Positions 62,371 through 64,000 of a DNA stretch of 64,000 nt are shown here, in pieces. The position numbers were made by a program, and so were the translations under genes. Origin of the DNA: Lingula anatina (taxonomy: Eukaryota > Animalia > Brachiopoda); contig CM120647.1 of assembly GCA_051362555.1 (NCBI GenBank), positions 19,506,651-19,570,650 on the forward strand. Direction: 5' to 3'. Within the stretch, counting starts at the first letter, position 1. Each line of letters opens with the position of its first letter. The notes under the pieces were generated by a model that saw only the letters and a list, made by a program, of their open reading frames with translations, was not told the origin of the DNA and made no database searches.

Positions 62371-64000
62371 CGCTCCATTGCAGTGAAAGACAACTGTTCA
62401 TCTGCGAGGCGCTTGAAAAAACGCTAACTGGAACACGAACGTAAAGTTGACGTAGAATGTTTTTTATGGCATGCACATTGATTTCAATATATGATTTGCG
62501 TTTACTATTGTAAATTAATTTCTTGCTGAGAAATGTTTTAGTCATGTAGTGTGACATTGTGCTTATTTCGAGTTTATTATTCAAGAGACAAAAATACGAC
62601 CCATTTACATTAGGCTTTGTTAGCAACACAAGAGCATTTGTTATTGTTTTATGATTTTTTTGGTAACAACACTAAGGGTCTTTGATAACGATGCGGCGCA
62701 GAATCGCTACTGATTTAAAGACTTGTTTTGAATTAAGAATGAATTGCGTTCTATAGAATGTGTGACCTACTTGGGGTTAACTTAAAATTACACGCAAACA
62801 CACTACGAACGGTACATAAACAACTACATTAACAATGCTGGTGTGTATTACTATTTAATTAATTGTAGGTGTGGAATTCAGGTTAGAGTGTCAGCTTTCG
62901 AATGGAGGTAAATAAAATGGCTTTTAGCATGATTTGTGCGCGTTGTAGTTTTACTTGATGAAAATAAAAGTGGACCATGCGCGTGAGAAATTGGATTATT
63001 GGATCTCTATTAAAATGGAAAGGGTAGTAGTGCAAACCGTCAATATTATTTGGACCAATGGTACTAGGTTATGAATTATAGAGCAGTCTTCTAAGGAATA
63101 TGTGGGATCACACCGTACTCACTGTTATGATAGGCTAATGCAGGTCTTAAGTGGAATGTACATGTATAGACATTTGTAAAACCGCATTGAGAGACGATTT
63201 GTCTTTTATAATATGTAGGGCTCACAGATGGGAAATATATTAGTGTAACTCGTTTTGCTAAAGTAATGCTGTTCTGGGACGAGAGAAGTGGGGAAAAAGG
63301 GTGCCTTCGAAGCTAATTATAAGAGAAGGGCGTGTGGCCGCTGTGTTATTCACTTGGATCTAGACCTACTGGTGGGTGTTAAATATCATTTTAACGACCA
63401 ACGTTATCAGTCTCTAGACACGCAAAATGAACATCTTAAAGAAGAGCACATTTTGGGTACATGCGTTACTGTCACCTGTTTAAAGTCCAATTTTTGCAAT
63501 TTTCATTAAATTTTAAACGGGCGCTCTTTAAATTCAGATCCCTATTCATAGATTATTTAAATAATCGTGCCCATCCAATTTTTTGTTTACATATTTATAC
63601 ATTCTTCATTATAAACATAAATGCATTTAAATGTATGTTAAAACTCTTTAGGAGCATGTCTGCTTTTTTATTATTTCGCATTAATGTAGCATGTTATCTT
63701 TAAGAAAACAGGGGTATTGAAGAATGCAATTAATCCCTCTACCACCGCGTGACCTAACTACAGTGTACCTATGGGAACCAACAGATGGGTAATATTGCTC
63801 GTGTTATTAATATACTGATATCTTCGCACACCTTAGCTTACAAATTATTTAAGACGATACCAAGCCATACTTCTGTTGATTCCTACCTACGACGCAGACG
63901 ACAATGTCCGTTCTTTTAGGCTTTATAGTAGGGCTGACTATTTTAGTGGACGGTTTGGCCGATGGTTCCAAAATAGTGAAAGTTTACCGTATGCGTTATG

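Overview
AT-rich, intron-containing animal genomic DNA, probably a marine invertebrate; the taxon is inferred, not established. The left end holds the 5' half of a minus-strand SNX19 gene (TM-PXA-PX, no RGS). One of its introns contains an 80-bp minisatellite built from the gene's own splice acceptor and next-exon start. Upstream lie a foldback MITE, a decayed 3.6-kb hAT-like TIR element and a head-to-tail pair of TTAA/CCC-ended non-autonomous DNA transposons. The second of these carries an intact Ty3/Gypsy element with 472-bp LTRs, a tRNA-Lys3 PBS, a PNMA-like Gag and a -1 frameshift into Pol. From 26 kb to the end is a tandem array of three paralogous secreted-protein genes (uromodulin-type D8C domain plus a VWDE-like body). 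They form a nested truncation series. Copy A (about 1366 aa) has a GDPH VWD, a furin site, EGFs and a C-type lectin. Copy B (about 459 aa) stops at the start of the VWD. Copy C (about 1113 aa) has lost GDPH, the cbEGFs and the lectin. Their introns hold a Tc1 element, a Helentron-type element with a 145-bp DR1-rich satellite, a nested 2-kb foldback and MITEs. All gene models and family calls were made by eye, without database searches or transcript data.
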